A stretch of 64,000 bases of DNA from contig OY762911.1 of the NCBI GenBank assembly GCA_963666565.1, positions 1,984,001 through 2,048,000 of the forward strand, in the 5' to 3' direction. This DNA comes from Thermoanaerobaculia bacterium. Its GTDB lineage: Bacteria > Acidobacteriota > Thermoanaerobaculia > Multivoradales > Multivoraceae. Of the stretch, positions 31,207-41,023 are shown one piece after another; the stretch's first letter is position 1, and each line of letters opens with the position of its first letter. Position numbers and translations under genes: made by a program. The notes below the pieces were generated by a model. The model did no database searches. It saw nothing but the letters and a program-made list of their open reading frames with translations, and was not told where the DNA came from.

Positions 31207-33525
31207 ATGACACGCGAAACACCGGAGCGCGAGGCGGAGGCCCTGCGCGAACGAATCTCCAGCCTCAGTTCGGCCATCCTCCGCGTCGGGCGGACCCTCG
31301 ACGTCGACGTCGTGCTTCGCGAGGCCGTGGACGGCGCCTGCGCGCTCACCGGCGCCGCCTACGGCGTGCTGGCGACTACCGCGCCGTCGGGGTCGCCTCA
31401 GGACTTCGTCAGCTCCGGCCTTACGCCGGAACAAGCGCGCGCGGTGATGCACTGGCCTGGCAGAAGCCGGATCTTCAAGCACTTCCGCGACCTGCCGGCC
31501 CCGCTGAGAATCTCGAATCTCAGCGAGTACGTGATCGAGCAGGGCTGGGCGCCGATGCCGATCCCGTGCACGAGCTTCCAGGGGACGAGCATGCGCTTCG
31601 GCGACGTGGTTGTCGGCGCCTTCTACCTCGGCGAGAAGAAGGGAGGCGGAGACTTCACCGACGCCGACGAGGAGATGCTGGTGATGTTCGCGTCGCAGGT
31701 CGCGGCCGCCGTTTCCAACGCCCGGACGCACCGGGAGGAGCGCCGGGCGCGGGCGGACCTGGAGGCGCTGGTGGAAACGTCCCCCGTTGGGGTCGTCGCC
31801 TTCGACGCGAAGACTGGCGACCCGGTCTGGGTCAATCGGGAGGCGAGACGCATCGTTTCCGGCATCCTCGCGCCGGGCGACGAGCTGAACGAGGTGGCTC
31901 GGGAGCTGACCTGCCGGCGCGGGAACGGCCAGGAGGTGTCGCTGGAAGAGATCGGGACGGCCGAGACGTTGCGCGCGGAGGAGGTGGAACTCTCGTTACC
32001 GGACGGGCGCCGCGTCAGGATGCTGATCAGCGTCACGCCGACCCTCTCGGCGTCGGGCGAGACCCGGTCGATCGTGGTCGCGATGCAGGACCTCGCGCCG
32101 CTCGACGAACTGGAGCGTCTGCGCGCGGAGTTCCTGGGCACGGTGAGCCACGAGCTGCGGACGCCGCTGGCGGCGATCAAGGGCTCGGCCGCCACGGTGT
32201 TGAAGGCGCCCCGTTCCTACGACACGACCGAGGTGGTCCAGTTCTTCCGCATCGTCGACCAGGAAGCCGACCGCATGGACGAACTCATCGGCGATCTGCT
32301 GGACGTGGGGCGCATCGAGGCGGGCACGCTGTCGGTAGCCGCCACGCCGACGGATGTCGGCGCGCTCCTGGAAGAGGCCCGCAAGACCTGCCTCGGCGGC
32401 GGCGGCCGGCACCCGATCCTGATCGACCTGCCGGCGGGCCTGCCGCGGGCGGCGGCGGACGAGCGCCGCATCCAGCAGGTGCTGAACAACCTGGTGGACA
32501 ACGCCGCGAGGCACTCCCCGGCGTCGGCGCCCATCCGGCTGGCGGCGTCGAACGGCGACGGGTTCCTGGAGATCTCGGTCACGGACGGCGGAGACGGCGT
32601 GCCGGAAGACGCGATGCCGCACCTGTTCCGCAAGCACTCCGGTGCCGGCGGCAACCCTCGCGGGGCCGGCCTGGGGCTGGCGATCTGCCGGGGACTGGTG
32701 GAAGCGCACGGCGGGCGCATCCGGGCGGAGAGCGGCGGGCAGGACTTCGGCACGCGCTTCACGTTCACGCTGCCGGTGGCGGACGCCGCCGGCGAAGGCG
32801 CCGGCGGTCCCGCTCGGCAGGCGCCCGCTCCTCCCAGGTCCCCGTCCGGGCAGGCGACCATCCTGGTGGTGGACGACGACCCGCGGACCACGCGCTACGT
32901 GCGCGACTCGCTGGCCGACGCGGACTACGTGCCCGTGGTCACGGGCGACCCCGGAGAGGTCGCGGACCTGCTCGATACGAGGAACCCCGATCTGGTGCTC
33001 ATGGATCTGGTGCTGCCCGATGTGGACGGGATCGAACTGCTGCACAGCCTTCCGGGTCTTGCCGAGCGACCGGTCATCTTCATCTCCGCCTACGGGCGCG
33101 ACGAGACGATCGCCAGGGCGCTTGAGGCCGGCGCCCGCGACTACATCGTCAAGCCGTTCTCGCCCACCGAGTTGACGGCGAGGGTGCGGGCGGCGTTGCG
33201 CGGGCGGGTCACGGCGGGCCCGTTCGTGCTCGGCGACCTGGCCATCGACTACGAGCGGCGCCGGGTCACGATCGCCGGAGAACGGATCAAGCTGACGGCG
33301 ACCGAGTACGACCTGCTGCGGGTCCTCTCCCTGCACGAGGACCGGGTGTTGACCTTCGACGCCCTGCTGCGCGCCGTGTGGCAGAGCAGCGACGGCGACC
33401 CGAACCTGGTGAGGACGTTCGTCAAGAAGCTCCGGCGAAAGCTCGGCGACCCGGCGGGGGCGCCGAAGTACGTCGTCAACGAGCGCGGGGTCGGCTACCG
33501 CATGGCCGGCCCGAACCGGCCGTAG
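31207..33525 (+). CDS. Cytoplasmic hybrid GAF-PAS-histidine kinase-receiver-winged-helix protein
   Basis: SHELRTPL H-box, NLVDNA, GAGLGLAI, LVVDDD, DLVLPDVDG, KPF, OmpR/KdpE-like tail LRRKLGD...NERGVGY. Confidence 0.92.
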   Translation: MTRETPEREAEALRERISSLSSAILRVGRTLDVDVVLREAVDGACALTGAAYGVLATTAPSGSPQDFVSSGLTPEQARAVMHWPGRSRIFKHFRDLPAPLRISNLSEYVIEQGWAPMPIPCTSFQGTSMRFGDVVVGAFYLGEKKGGGDFTDADEEMLVMFASQVAAAVSNARTHREERRARADLEALVETSPVGVVAFDAKTGDPVWVNREARRIVSGILAPGDELNEVARELTCRRGNGQEVSLEEIGTAETLRAEEVELSLPDGRRVRMLISVTPTLSASGETRSIVVAMQDLAPLDELERLRAEFLGTVSHELRTPLAAIKGSAATVLKAPRSYDTTEVVQFFRIVDQEADRMDELIGDLLDVGRIEAGTLSVAATPTDVGALLEEARKTCLGGGGRHPILIDLPAGLPRAAADERRIQQVLNNLVDNAARHSPASAPIRLAASNGDGFLEISVTDGGDGVPEDAMPHLFRKHSGAGGNPRGAGLGLAICRGLVEAHGGRIRAESGGQDFGTRFTFTLPVADAAGEGAGGPARQAPAPPRSPSGQATILVVDDDPRTTRYVRDSLADADYVPVVTGDPGEVADLLDTRNPDLVLMDLVLPDVDGIELLHSLPGLAERPVIFISAYGRDETIARALEAGARDYIVKPFSPTELTARVRAALRGRVTAGPFVLGDLAIDYERRRVTIAGERIKLTATEYDLLRVLSLHEDRVLTFDALLRAVWQSSDGDPNLVRTFVKKLRRKLGDPAGAPKYVVNERGVGYRMAGPNRP

Positions 33526-33535
33526 GTCCGGGCCT

Positions 33536-35779
33536 CTACCGCTCGTAACGGTCGATCGCGCTGCCGGCGATTCCGGCGCGCACGATGCCGAAAAGCTCGC
33601 CGCGCCAGCCCCGTCCCTTGGAGATCTCCGTCGAGACGACCACGACGACCAGGTCCTCGGCGGGCGCCACGTAGATGTACTGGCCGCCGTAGCCGCTGGC
33701 GATGTAGGCGCCGCGTTCCCGCGGTCCGCGGAGCCACCACAGATAGCCGTAGCCGCCGTAGATCCGGCCGCGTCCGCGCGGTCCGGCGAGGCCGGGCCGG
33801 GTCGACTCGTCTATCCACTGCCAGGGCACGAGCTGCCGGCCGTCCCAGCGCCCGCGGTTCAGGTAGAGCTGGCCGAACTTCAGCATGTCCCGCGGCAGCA
33901 GGCTCAGGTTGTTGCCGCCGACGTGGATGCCCTGCCGGTCGCGGGCCCAGGCCGAACGCTCGATGCCGAGCGGCTCGAACAGGCGCCGCCGGGCGAAGTC
34001 GTGGGTGCTGCTTCCGGCGGCCCGGGAGATCGTCGCCGAGAGCAGGTGCGTGCCGCCGGTGCTGTACGAGAAGCGCGTGCCCGGCTCGGCCTGGAGCGGC
34101 TTCGCCAGCGCCGCGCGAACCCAGTTCCGGGACGCCACCCAGGAACCGTAGGCGCCGAAGCTGGTCGATTCGAGGCCGGAGTTCATCGTCAGCAGATGGC
34201 GCACGGTGATGGCCCGCTTTCGCGGGTCGTCGAGACCGGCGGCTTCGGGGAGCAGGTCGGCGATCGGCTGGTCGAGTTGGAGGAGGCCCTCTTCGATGGC
34301 CAGTCCGGCCAGCGCCGAGAGGACGCTCTTCGAGGCCGACTTGATGTTGTGCGGACGCTGGCCGGAGGCGCCGCGAAAGTAGCGCTCGGCGACCAGCCGG
34401 CCCCGGCGCGCCGCCAGAACGCCGAGAACGCCTTCGAGTTCGCCGATACGTTCGACCGCGAGTGCGAGCCGGTCCGCGTCGAGGCCCGCGTCGGCGGCCG
34501 GGACCGCCAGCCAGTCGCCCGGCCAGTCGTCGTCGGGGGGAGCGACCGGCAGCTGGAACTCCGCGAGGATGCCGGAGTGGTCGGAGATCGGGGCGGCGAC
34601 CGGGCCCGGCTCGGCCGGCGAACCGCTCGCCGGCCGGTCCGGGCCGATGGGCCCGGTCCATTCCGTCCACAGCGGCCGCCAGCCGGATCCGGCGGCGTCC
34701 AGCAGTACGTGGTCGATGCCGCCGGGCAGCAGATCGCGATAGCCGGCCTCGTGGAAGCGGAGGAGCGCGGGGTGGTCGCTGTCGAGGTTCAGGTCGCCGG
34801 CGATCAACGCCGGCCGGCGCTCCCGGGAGGCGAGCCGGTCCAGGAGGTTGCCGGCCTGGGCGGCGGCGAGTTCCGGATCGCCATTGGCCAGGTGAGCGCC
34901 GGCGACGTCGAAGGCCAGCGCCGGGCGTTCGACGCGGGCGGCGAGGGCGATGCGCCGCTCGAAGCGGTCGCGATCGGGCGGCAGGGGCCAGGTCTCCGCG
35001 CCCGCGATGGGGAAACGGCTGAGGATCGCCGCCCCTTCCTCGAACCCGAGCCAGCGGAGCGAGCCGTTGGCGCGGGCGTAGACGGCGTGGAGACCGAGGC
35101 CGCCGGCCAGCCGGTCGGCGAGGCAGCCTTCGGTCGCCGTGCACCATGCCTCCTGAAGCACGACGACGTCCGGGCGCAGCCGCGAGATCTCGCTCGCCAG
35201 CCGGTCGGCGCGCTCGATCCGGTCGGAGGCGCCGGCCGGCGGCAGCAGCCGGCCTTCGGGGTCGGGATAGCCGTGCCAGGCGTTCAGTTGCAGCACCCGA
35301 AGCCGGTCGGGGCGGGGCACCACGACCGGAGTCGCGGGCGATCCCCCGCTGGCCGTTGGAGTCGCCTCGGCTGGACGACGGCCCCTCTCGCTGGCCGTTG
35401 GAGTGGCCTCGGCCGGACGAGGGCCCGCGGCAGTCATCGAGCCGGTTTCGGACGCCGCCTCGGCGCCGCCCGCGGCTCGCGGCTCGGCTGGTTGTTGCCG
35501 GGCCAGGAGCGCGACGAACGCGGGCGCCGATGCCGCCGCCAGCAGGCCGAGCGCGAGCGTCGCGGCTCGAACGGCCGGGCGTCCCCGGCGGGCCAGGGCC
35601 GCCGCCGCGACGGCCGCCGCTCCGCCCGCGGCCGCCGTGCCCAGCAGGAGCCGGGCCGCGCCGGGTTGAACGACGACGAACAGGCCCGCGACCCAGGGCA
35701 GCGCCCCCGCCGCGGCGGCGGCAAGCCCGGCGATGACCGCCAGGGCGTTGGCCGCCGGCGATGGGCGCGGGCTCGTCAC
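33536..35779 (-). CDS. Membrane-anchored fusion of an endonuclease/exonuclease/phosphatase (EEP) domain and a class C beta-lactamase-like serine hydrolase
   Basis: EEP motifs QLNAWHG, LQE, AHL, AGDLN, IDHV, SDH; hydrolase motifs SASK, FSYST, SGYGGQ; N-terminal hydrophobic helices. Confidence 0.8.
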   Translation of the reverse strand: MTSPRPSPAANALAVIAGLAAAAAGALPWVAGLFVVVQPGAARLLLGTAAAGGAAAVAAAALARRGRPAVRAATLALGLLAAASAPAFVALLARQQPAEPRAAGGAEAASETGSMTAAGPRPAEATPTASERGRRPAEATPTASGGSPATPVVVPRPDRLRVLQLNAWHGYPDPEGRLLPPAGASDRIERADRLASEISRLRPDVVVLQEAWCTATEGCLADRLAGGLGLHAVYARANGSLRWLGFEEGAAILSRFPIAGAETWPLPPDRDRFERRIALAARVERPALAFDVAGAHLANGDPELAAAQAGNLLDRLASRERRPALIAGDLNLDSDHPALLRFHEAGYRDLLPGGIDHVLLDAAGSGWRPLWTEWTGPIGPDRPASGSPAEPGPVAAPISDHSGILAEFQLPVAPPDDDWPGDWLAVPAADAGLDADRLALAVERIGELEGVLGVLAARRGRLVAERYFRGASGQRPHNIKSASKSVLSALAGLAIEEGLLQLDQPIADLLPEAAGLDDPRKRAITVRHLLTMNSGLESTSFGAYGSWVASRNWVRAALAKPLQAEPGTRFSYSTGGTHLLSATISRAAGSSTHDFARRRLFEPLGIERSAWARDRQGIHVGGNNLSLLPRDMLKFGQLYLNRGRWDGRQLVPWQWIDESTRPGLAGPRGRGRIYGGYGYLWWLRGPRERGAYIASGYGGQYIYVAPAEDLVVVVVSTEISKGRGWRGELFGIVRAGIAGSAIDRYER
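35347..35427. repeat. 42-bp coding direct repeat (RPAEATPTAS twice)
   Basis: cgctggccgttggagt.gcctcggc.ggacga occurs twice. Confidence 0.8.
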
Positions 35780-35923
35780 GACGGCCGGAGACTATGCGCG
35801 ATCCACGTCGACGAACGTCGAGGCGGAAAGCGAGTGCTACGCTAGGGACCGAGACCGACGAACAAGACTTGCGGCTTTGCCGCGGAAAGGAGGTCCGGAA
35901 TGGGTTGTCGAGAGATCCGCCGG

Positions 35924-36445
35924 ATGAACCAGGCCACCCTCGTCTTCTGTTCGGTACTGGCCCTCGCCGTCGGCTGCGCGGCGCCTCCTGAGGAGGCGGC
36001 TCCGGAAGTCGATCCACGGGCCGAGAACGAAACGGCGCTCAACGAGTTGATCGCCAAGTACCTCCAGGCGGTGAACCGTGGCGACGCGGATGGCCTTGCC
36101 GTCCTGTACACCGAGGATGCCATCCGCATCAACGCGAACAGCGTTCCGATCGAAGGGCGAGACGACATTCGGCTGTTCGCGGCCGCCGACTACGTCGACA
36201 ACGACTGGGAGATTCAACTCCAGATCGAGGAAAGCGACTACAGCGGCGATCTGGCGTTCGTGCGCGGCACCTACGCCGTCACGCTGACGTCGAAGGAGGA
36301 CCCGTCCGTCGTCTACGAGGAAGTCGGGAAGTGGATGGACCTGATGCGTCGCGGCGAGGACGGTTCGTGGCTGATCGCGCGGGAGATCTCGAACCGCGAC
36401 CACCCGCAGGGCGAGGCGCCCCAGGCGCCGGTGGAGGAGGGCTGA
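35924..36445 (+). CDS. SnoaL/NTF2-like (DUF4440/YybH) lipoprotein
   Basis: Lipobox AVGC; GDADGLAVLYTEDA, GRDDIR, GDLAFVRG, DGSWLI. Confidence 0.8.
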   Translation: MNQATLVFCSVLALAVGCAAPPEEAAPEVDPRAENETALNELIAKYLQAVNRGDADGLAVLYTEDAIRINANSVPIEGRDDIRLFAAADYVDNDWEIQLQIEESDYSGDLAFVRGTYAVTLTSKEDPSVVYEEVGKWMDLMRRGEDGSWLIAREISNRDHPQGEAPQAPVEEG

Positions 36446-36966
36446 TGATGAAGAGCACGATCGGATGGCAGCCGCGTTCCGGGATCATGGTTCTGGCCGT
36501 TCTCCTTGCGGGCTTCCTGGCCGTCGGCTGCCCGCCAGTCGAGGAGGAGGTCGTAGAGAATCCGAACGCAGTCGAGCCGAGCATCGGCGACGAGAGCGCC
36601 CTGAACGCCCTCATTGCCGACTACATGGTCGCCATGAACGGCGGCGACGCCGACGGACTGGCGGCCTCGTACGCGGCGGACGCGGTACGCATGCCGCCGG
36701 ACGCAGTGCCGATCAGCGGCCGGGAGTCGATCCGGCGGAACATGGCGCAGACGTTCGAGGCGTCGGACCTCGCCGTGCAGATGCAGGTCATCGAGACCGA
36801 GTTCAGCGGCGAGCTGGCCTACGTTCGCGGCAGCTTCCTGCTGACGGTGACGCCGAAGGACGGCTCGCCGGCGACGGAGTCCGAGGGGAACTGGATGCGG
36901 CTGATGCGGCGCGAGCCGGATGGCCAGTGGCTTGTGGCCTACTCGCTCTGGAACTTCCGGTCCTAG
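36445..36966 (+). CDS. SnoaL/NTF2-like (DUF4440/YybH) lipoprotein, tandem paralogue
   Basis: Lipobox AVGC; GDADGLAASYAADA, GELAYVRG, DGQWLV. Confidence 0.8.
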   Translation: MMKSTIGWQPRSGIMVLAVLLAGFLAVGCPPVEEEVVENPNAVEPSIGDESALNALIADYMVAMNGGDADGLAASYAADAVRMPPDAVPISGRESIRRNMAQTFEASDLAVQMQVIETEFSGELAYVRGSFLLTVTPKDGSPATESEGNWMRLMRREPDGQWLVAYSLWNFRS

Positions 36967-37023
36967 GTCGCCTGCGCCGCCAAACGGTGCGGCGCGGCGG
37001 GGTATGCTCCGTCGCCGCGCCTC

Positions 37024-38070
37024 ATGCCTGAAACAGCTTCGCAGTCCCTCACCTTCATGGGCGCCCCCGGGTCGCCCTACACGCGGAAGATGCGCGCGCT
37101 GCTGCGCTACCGGCGGATCCCGTACCGCTTCCTCATCGCGGGCGCCGGCGGCCGCGACGACCTGCCGGCCGCCAAGGTCCGGCTGCTGCCAACGTTCTAC
37201 CTGCCGAACGCCGACGGCGAAGTGGAGGCGGTCGTCGATTCGACGCCGCTCATCCGGCGCTTCGAACGGGAGTTCGAGGGACGGTCGGTCGTTCCGCCGG
37301 ACCCGGTGACGGCGTTCATCGACTACCTGCTCGAGGACTTCGGCGACGAGTGGCTGACCAAGGCGATGTTCCACTATCGCTGGGCCTACGAGGCCGACAT
37401 CCGGAAGGCCGGCCGGATCCTGCCCCGCTGGCGGCGGGTCGAAGGTCCCGAGGAGCAGTTCCAGCAGGCGGCCAGGACGGTCTCCGAGCGCCAGATCTCG
37501 CGGCTCTGGGTCGTCGGCTCGAACGAGACGACGGGCCCGGTGATCGAGGCCAGCTACCGGCGCATCCTGGAGCTGTTCCGGGACCACCTGACGGAGCGGC
37601 AGTTTCTGATGGGCGATCGCCCCGGCGCCTCCGACTTCGCGTTCTTCGGCCAGTTGACCCAGCTCGCGGCCTTCGATCCGACGCCGATGGCGTTGACGCT
37701 CGAGGTCGCGCCCCGGGTCTACGCCTGGGTCGACCGCGTCGAGGATCTGTCCGGCCTGGAACCGACGGAAGACGACTGGATCGGCCGCGAGCTGTCCGGG
37801 ACCCTGCGGGCGCTGCTCGGCGAGGTCGGCCGGGTCTATGCGCCGTTCCTGCTGGCGAACGGGAAGGCGCTCATGGCAGGCGCCGAGCGCGTGGAATGCG
37901 AGATCGACGGCCAGCCCTGGGTGCAGAAGCCGTTCCCGTACCAGGGCAAGTGCCTGATGTGGCTGCGGGAGCGGTACGGGGAGTTGTCGGCCGGCGACCG
38001 CTCGGCGGTGGACGGACTGCTGGCCGGCACCGGCTGCGAGCCGCTGTTCGAGGGCGAGGCAGAGTCGTAG
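37024..38070 (+). CDS. Glutathione S-transferase family protein
   Basis: SPYTRKMRALLRY, DSTPLI, FLMGDRPGASDFAFFGQL. Confidence 0.85.
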   Translation: MPETASQSLTFMGAPGSPYTRKMRALLRYRRIPYRFLIAGAGGRDDLPAAKVRLLPTFYLPNADGEVEAVVDSTPLIRRFEREFEGRSVVPPDPVTAFIDYLLEDFGDEWLTKAMFHYRWAYEADIRKAGRILPRWRRVEGPEEQFQQAARTVSERQISRLWVVGSNETTGPVIEASYRRILELFRDHLTERQFLMGDRPGASDFAFFGQLTQLAAFDPTPMALTLEVAPRVYAWVDRVEDLSGLEPTEDDWIGRELSGTLRALLGEVGRVYAPFLLANGKALMAGAERVECEIDGQPWVQKPFPYQGKCLMWLRERYGELSAGDRSAVDGLLAGTGCEPLFEGEAES

Positions 38071-39359
38071 TGCAACCCGGCGGCTCGGGCTGGTTCTCGC
38101 GGGTCAACTGGGGCTTCTACGGCTGGCGGATGCTCCCCGTCGCCTGGCTGATCTACGGCCTGGGCGCGGCCCCCTTCTACAGTTGGGGCTTCTTCCTGCC
38201 GGAGATGCTGGAGGAACTGGAGCTCAACCGGGGCACCGGCGGCCTGGCGTTCACGATCTGGTCCTTCTGCGGCGGCATCGTCGCGCCGTTGATCGGCATC
38301 TGCCTGACGCGGTTCGGTCCGCGTCCCGTGTTCACGGCCGGTTTCCTGGTCGTTTCGGTCGCCTACCTCCTGACCAGCCGGGCCCAGGACCGCTGGGACG
38401 TTCTGCTGTTCTTCGGTCTCTTCGCCGGCCTCACGCACACCTTCTCGACCGTGCTGCCGACGCAGACCCTGGCCACGAACTGGTTTCTGCGCTGGCGGGC
38501 GAGCGCGCTCGCGTTCCTGCTGATCGCCGCGGGCCTGATGGGACCGTTGATCGTGAAGTTCGATGCGGCGCTGCTGAACCGCGGCGGAACCTGGCGCGAC
38601 GGCTGGGAGATCATCGCCGGGCTGTGCGCCGTGCTCGGCGTCCTCTCCTTCCTCGTGCTCCGCAACCGGCCGGAGTCGATGGGCCAGTTGCGGGACGGCG
38701 CCCGTTCGCTCGGCGAGCTTCAGGTCTCGGCGGCCGAAGGCGGCGCGCGGACTACCGAGCAATGGGTGGCCCGGGAAGCGGTGCGGACGCCGCAGTTCGC
38801 GTTGATGGTGGTCTGCGGCCTCGGCTACGCCGTTCCCTGGGGGGTGGTCACGGTCCACGGCCGGCTGCACCTCCAGGACATGGGCTTCGGCGTCGATGCC
38901 GCGGCGGGTCTGATCGGGCTGATGATCCTCCTGAGCACCTTCGGACGGTTGTCGGGCGCGCTTGGCGACAGGATCTCGCCGCCCCGGCTGCTCGGCGTCG
39001 CCCTTGCGATGGAGGGAACGGGAACGGCCTTGTTCCTGTTCGCGGACACGACTTCGGCGGCCCGCGTTGCCCTGATCCTGCTGGGTCTCGGTTTCGGCAT
39101 GGCCTACATCAGTCAGGCCGCCACCTTCGCCCAGTTCTTCGGCCGCCGCGCCTTCGCCACGACGACGGGCGTCCGTTTCGCCATCGGCGCCGCGCCCGGC
39201 GCGGCGATGCCCTGGGTCTCCGGCTGGGTGTTCGACACGCAGGGCAGCTACGCGATTCCCTTCCTGGCCATCGCGGCGGTGTCGCTGGTCGGTTCGGTGG
39301 TCGCGTTCTTCCTCAAGCCGCCGCGGAAGAAGGACGCGGCGCAAGCGGCGCCGGCCTGA
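38070..39359 (+). CDS. MFS transporter
   Basis: About 12 hydrophobic segments; FYGW, RFGPR, GALGDRI, GWVFDTQGSY. GTG overlaps the upstream stop. Confidence 0.88.
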   Translation: MQPGGSGWFSRVNWGFYGWRMLPVAWLIYGLGAAPFYSWGFFLPEMLEELELNRGTGGLAFTIWSFCGGIVAPLIGICLTRFGPRPVFTAGFLVVSVAYLLTSRAQDRWDVLLFFGLFAGLTHTFSTVLPTQTLATNWFLRWRASALAFLLIAAGLMGPLIVKFDAALLNRGGTWRDGWEIIAGLCAVLGVLSFLVLRNRPESMGQLRDGARSLGELQVSAAEGGARTTEQWVAREAVRTPQFALMVVCGLGYAVPWGVVTVHGRLHLQDMGFGVDAAAGLIGLMILLSTFGRLSGALGDRISPPRLLGVALAMEGTGTALFLFADTTSAARVALILLGLGFGMAYISQAATFAQFFGRRAFATTTGVRFAIGAAPGAAMPWVSGWVFDTQGSYAIPFLAIAAVSLVGSVVAFFLKPPRKKDAAQAAPA

Positions 39360-39393
39360 CGGCCGGCACTGCTGCCGGGAAACCCGCGCCGCG

Positions 39394-40845
39394 TTACGGC
39401 GACCTTGTCCTTATCCCCCGGACGTGGCTTCGCCAGGCGTCGAGAGCCCGCAGCCGTGCCTCCGCGTGGTCGACCATCGGCAGCGGGTACGTCTCGCCGA
39501 GCCGGACGCCGGCTGCGGCGAGGACGCCGTCGGCAGCCAGCCACGGCGCGTGGATCGCGCGATCGGGCAGGCGCCGCAGTTCGGGAATCCACCTTCGCAG
39601 ATAGTCGCCGGAGGCGTCGTAGCGTCGCGACTGGGCGGCCGGATTGAAGATCCGGAAGTACGGCGCGGCGTCGGCGCCGCTGCCCGCGGTCCACTGCCAG
39701 CCGGCGCTGTTGTTCGCCCAGTCCGCGTCGACGAGGGTGTCCCAGAACCACTCCGCGCCGTGCCGCCAGTCGATCAGCAGGTGCTTGGTCAGGAAGGAGG
39801 CGACGAGCATCCGCACCCGGTTGTGCATCCAGCCAGTGGTCCGGAGTTCGCGCATCCCGGCGTCGATGATCGGGTAGCCGGTCTCGGCCCGTTGCCAGCG
39901 GCGGAGATCGCCGGGGGCGCGCCGCCAGGGCATGCGGTCGAACTCCAGCCGGAGGTTGCGGTCGCCCATCTGCGGGTTGTGGGCAAGGAGATGGTGGCTG
40001 AACTCCCGCCAGCCGATCTCGCGCAGGAACGCGTCGCGCCCTGGCCCCGGCGGTAGCGCCGACGCTCCTGCGGCTACCTGGCGGGGGCCGACCTCGCCGA
40101 AGTGCAGGTGCGGCGACAGCCGGCTGGTTGCTTCGACTCCCGGCCGGTCGCGCTCCTGGTCGTACTGTTCGGCCGGGCCGGCGAGGAAGGCCCGGAGGCG
40201 GCGCCGCGCGCCCTCTTCGCCGGGTTGCCAGACCTCGCGGAAGCCCGCCGCCCAGTCCGGCTCGCGGCATCGCAGGTTCCAGCTTTCGAGATCGTCGCCG
40301 GGCGGCCAGACGGCGGGCGAGGCGGGTGGCGGCGGAGCGGGAGCCGGACGGGCGAACGCGTGTTCCAGGCACTTCCGCCAGAACGGCGTGAACACCCGGT
40401 ACGGCAGGCCGCTGCCGGAACGGATGTCCCACGGCTCGAAGAGGAGTCCGGCCTGAAAGGTCCGTGTCTCGAGGCCGGCTTCGGCGCAGCGCTCCTCGAT
40501 CGCGTCGTCGCGCTGAGCGTTCGCCGGTTCGTAGAGCCGGTTCCAGACGATGGCCGAGGCGCCGGTTTCCCCGGCCAGTTCGGCGATTGCCTGGCGGGCT
40601 GATCCGCGGCGAAGGACGAGCCGGCTGCCCTGGCGGCGCAGTGCCCGGTCCAGCGCCTCAAGGCTGCCGTGCAGCCACCACCGCGAAGCGCCTCCGAGCG
40701 GCCTGTGGCCCTCTTCCTCGTCCAGCACGAACGCCGGGATCGCGGGCCGGCCGGCTTCGACGGCCCACGACCAGGCGGGGTTGTCGGCCAGACGGAGATC
40801 GTGCCGGAACCAGACGAGGACGGGCGATTCAGCGGAACGAGGCAT
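39394..40845 (-). CDS. phrB: Deoxyribodipyrimidine photolyase
   Basis: VWFRHDLRLADNPA, TSRLSPHLHFGE, WREF, GWMHNRVRM, LVDAD, APYFRIFNP. Confidence 0.93.
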   Translation of the reverse strand: MPRSAESPVLVWFRHDLRLADNPAWSWAVEAGRPAIPAFVLDEEEGHRPLGGASRWWLHGSLEALDRALRRQGSRLVLRRGSARQAIAELAGETGASAIVWNRLYEPANAQRDDAIEERCAEAGLETRTFQAGLLFEPWDIRSGSGLPYRVFTPFWRKCLEHAFARPAPAPPPPASPAVWPPGDDLESWNLRCREPDWAAGFREVWQPGEEGARRRLRAFLAGPAEQYDQERDRPGVEATSRLSPHLHFGEVGPRQVAAGASALPPGPGRDAFLREIGWREFSHHLLAHNPQMGDRNLRLEFDRMPWRRAPGDLRRWQRAETGYPIIDAGMRELRTTGWMHNRVRMLVASFLTKHLLIDWRHGAEWFWDTLVDADWANNSAGWQWTAGSGADAAPYFRIFNPAAQSRRYDASGDYLRRWIPELRRLPDRAIHAPWLAADGVLAAAGVRLGETYPLPMVDHAEARLRALDAWRSHVRGIRTRSP

Positions 40846-41023
40846 CGGGGCTGACGGTATCTTCCCGGACGGAACCGGGGCGGTCGGCCGCCAGCCAGCC
40901 GGACGAGACGTTGGGTTCCCGCTTCCGCTTGCCGGGCAGGCAGGGAGCGCCGCGGGTCTTCTCCGCAACGCAGTGCCGCACGGGTTGACGGAACAGGCCG
41001 TCGCGTCGCAGAGTGTCAGCGCG

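Noticed and set aside
33536-34480. Antibiotic-resistance beta-lactamase
   Set aside because: SxxK/YS motifs are shared by many esterases and amidases; nothing supports beta-lactam specificity.
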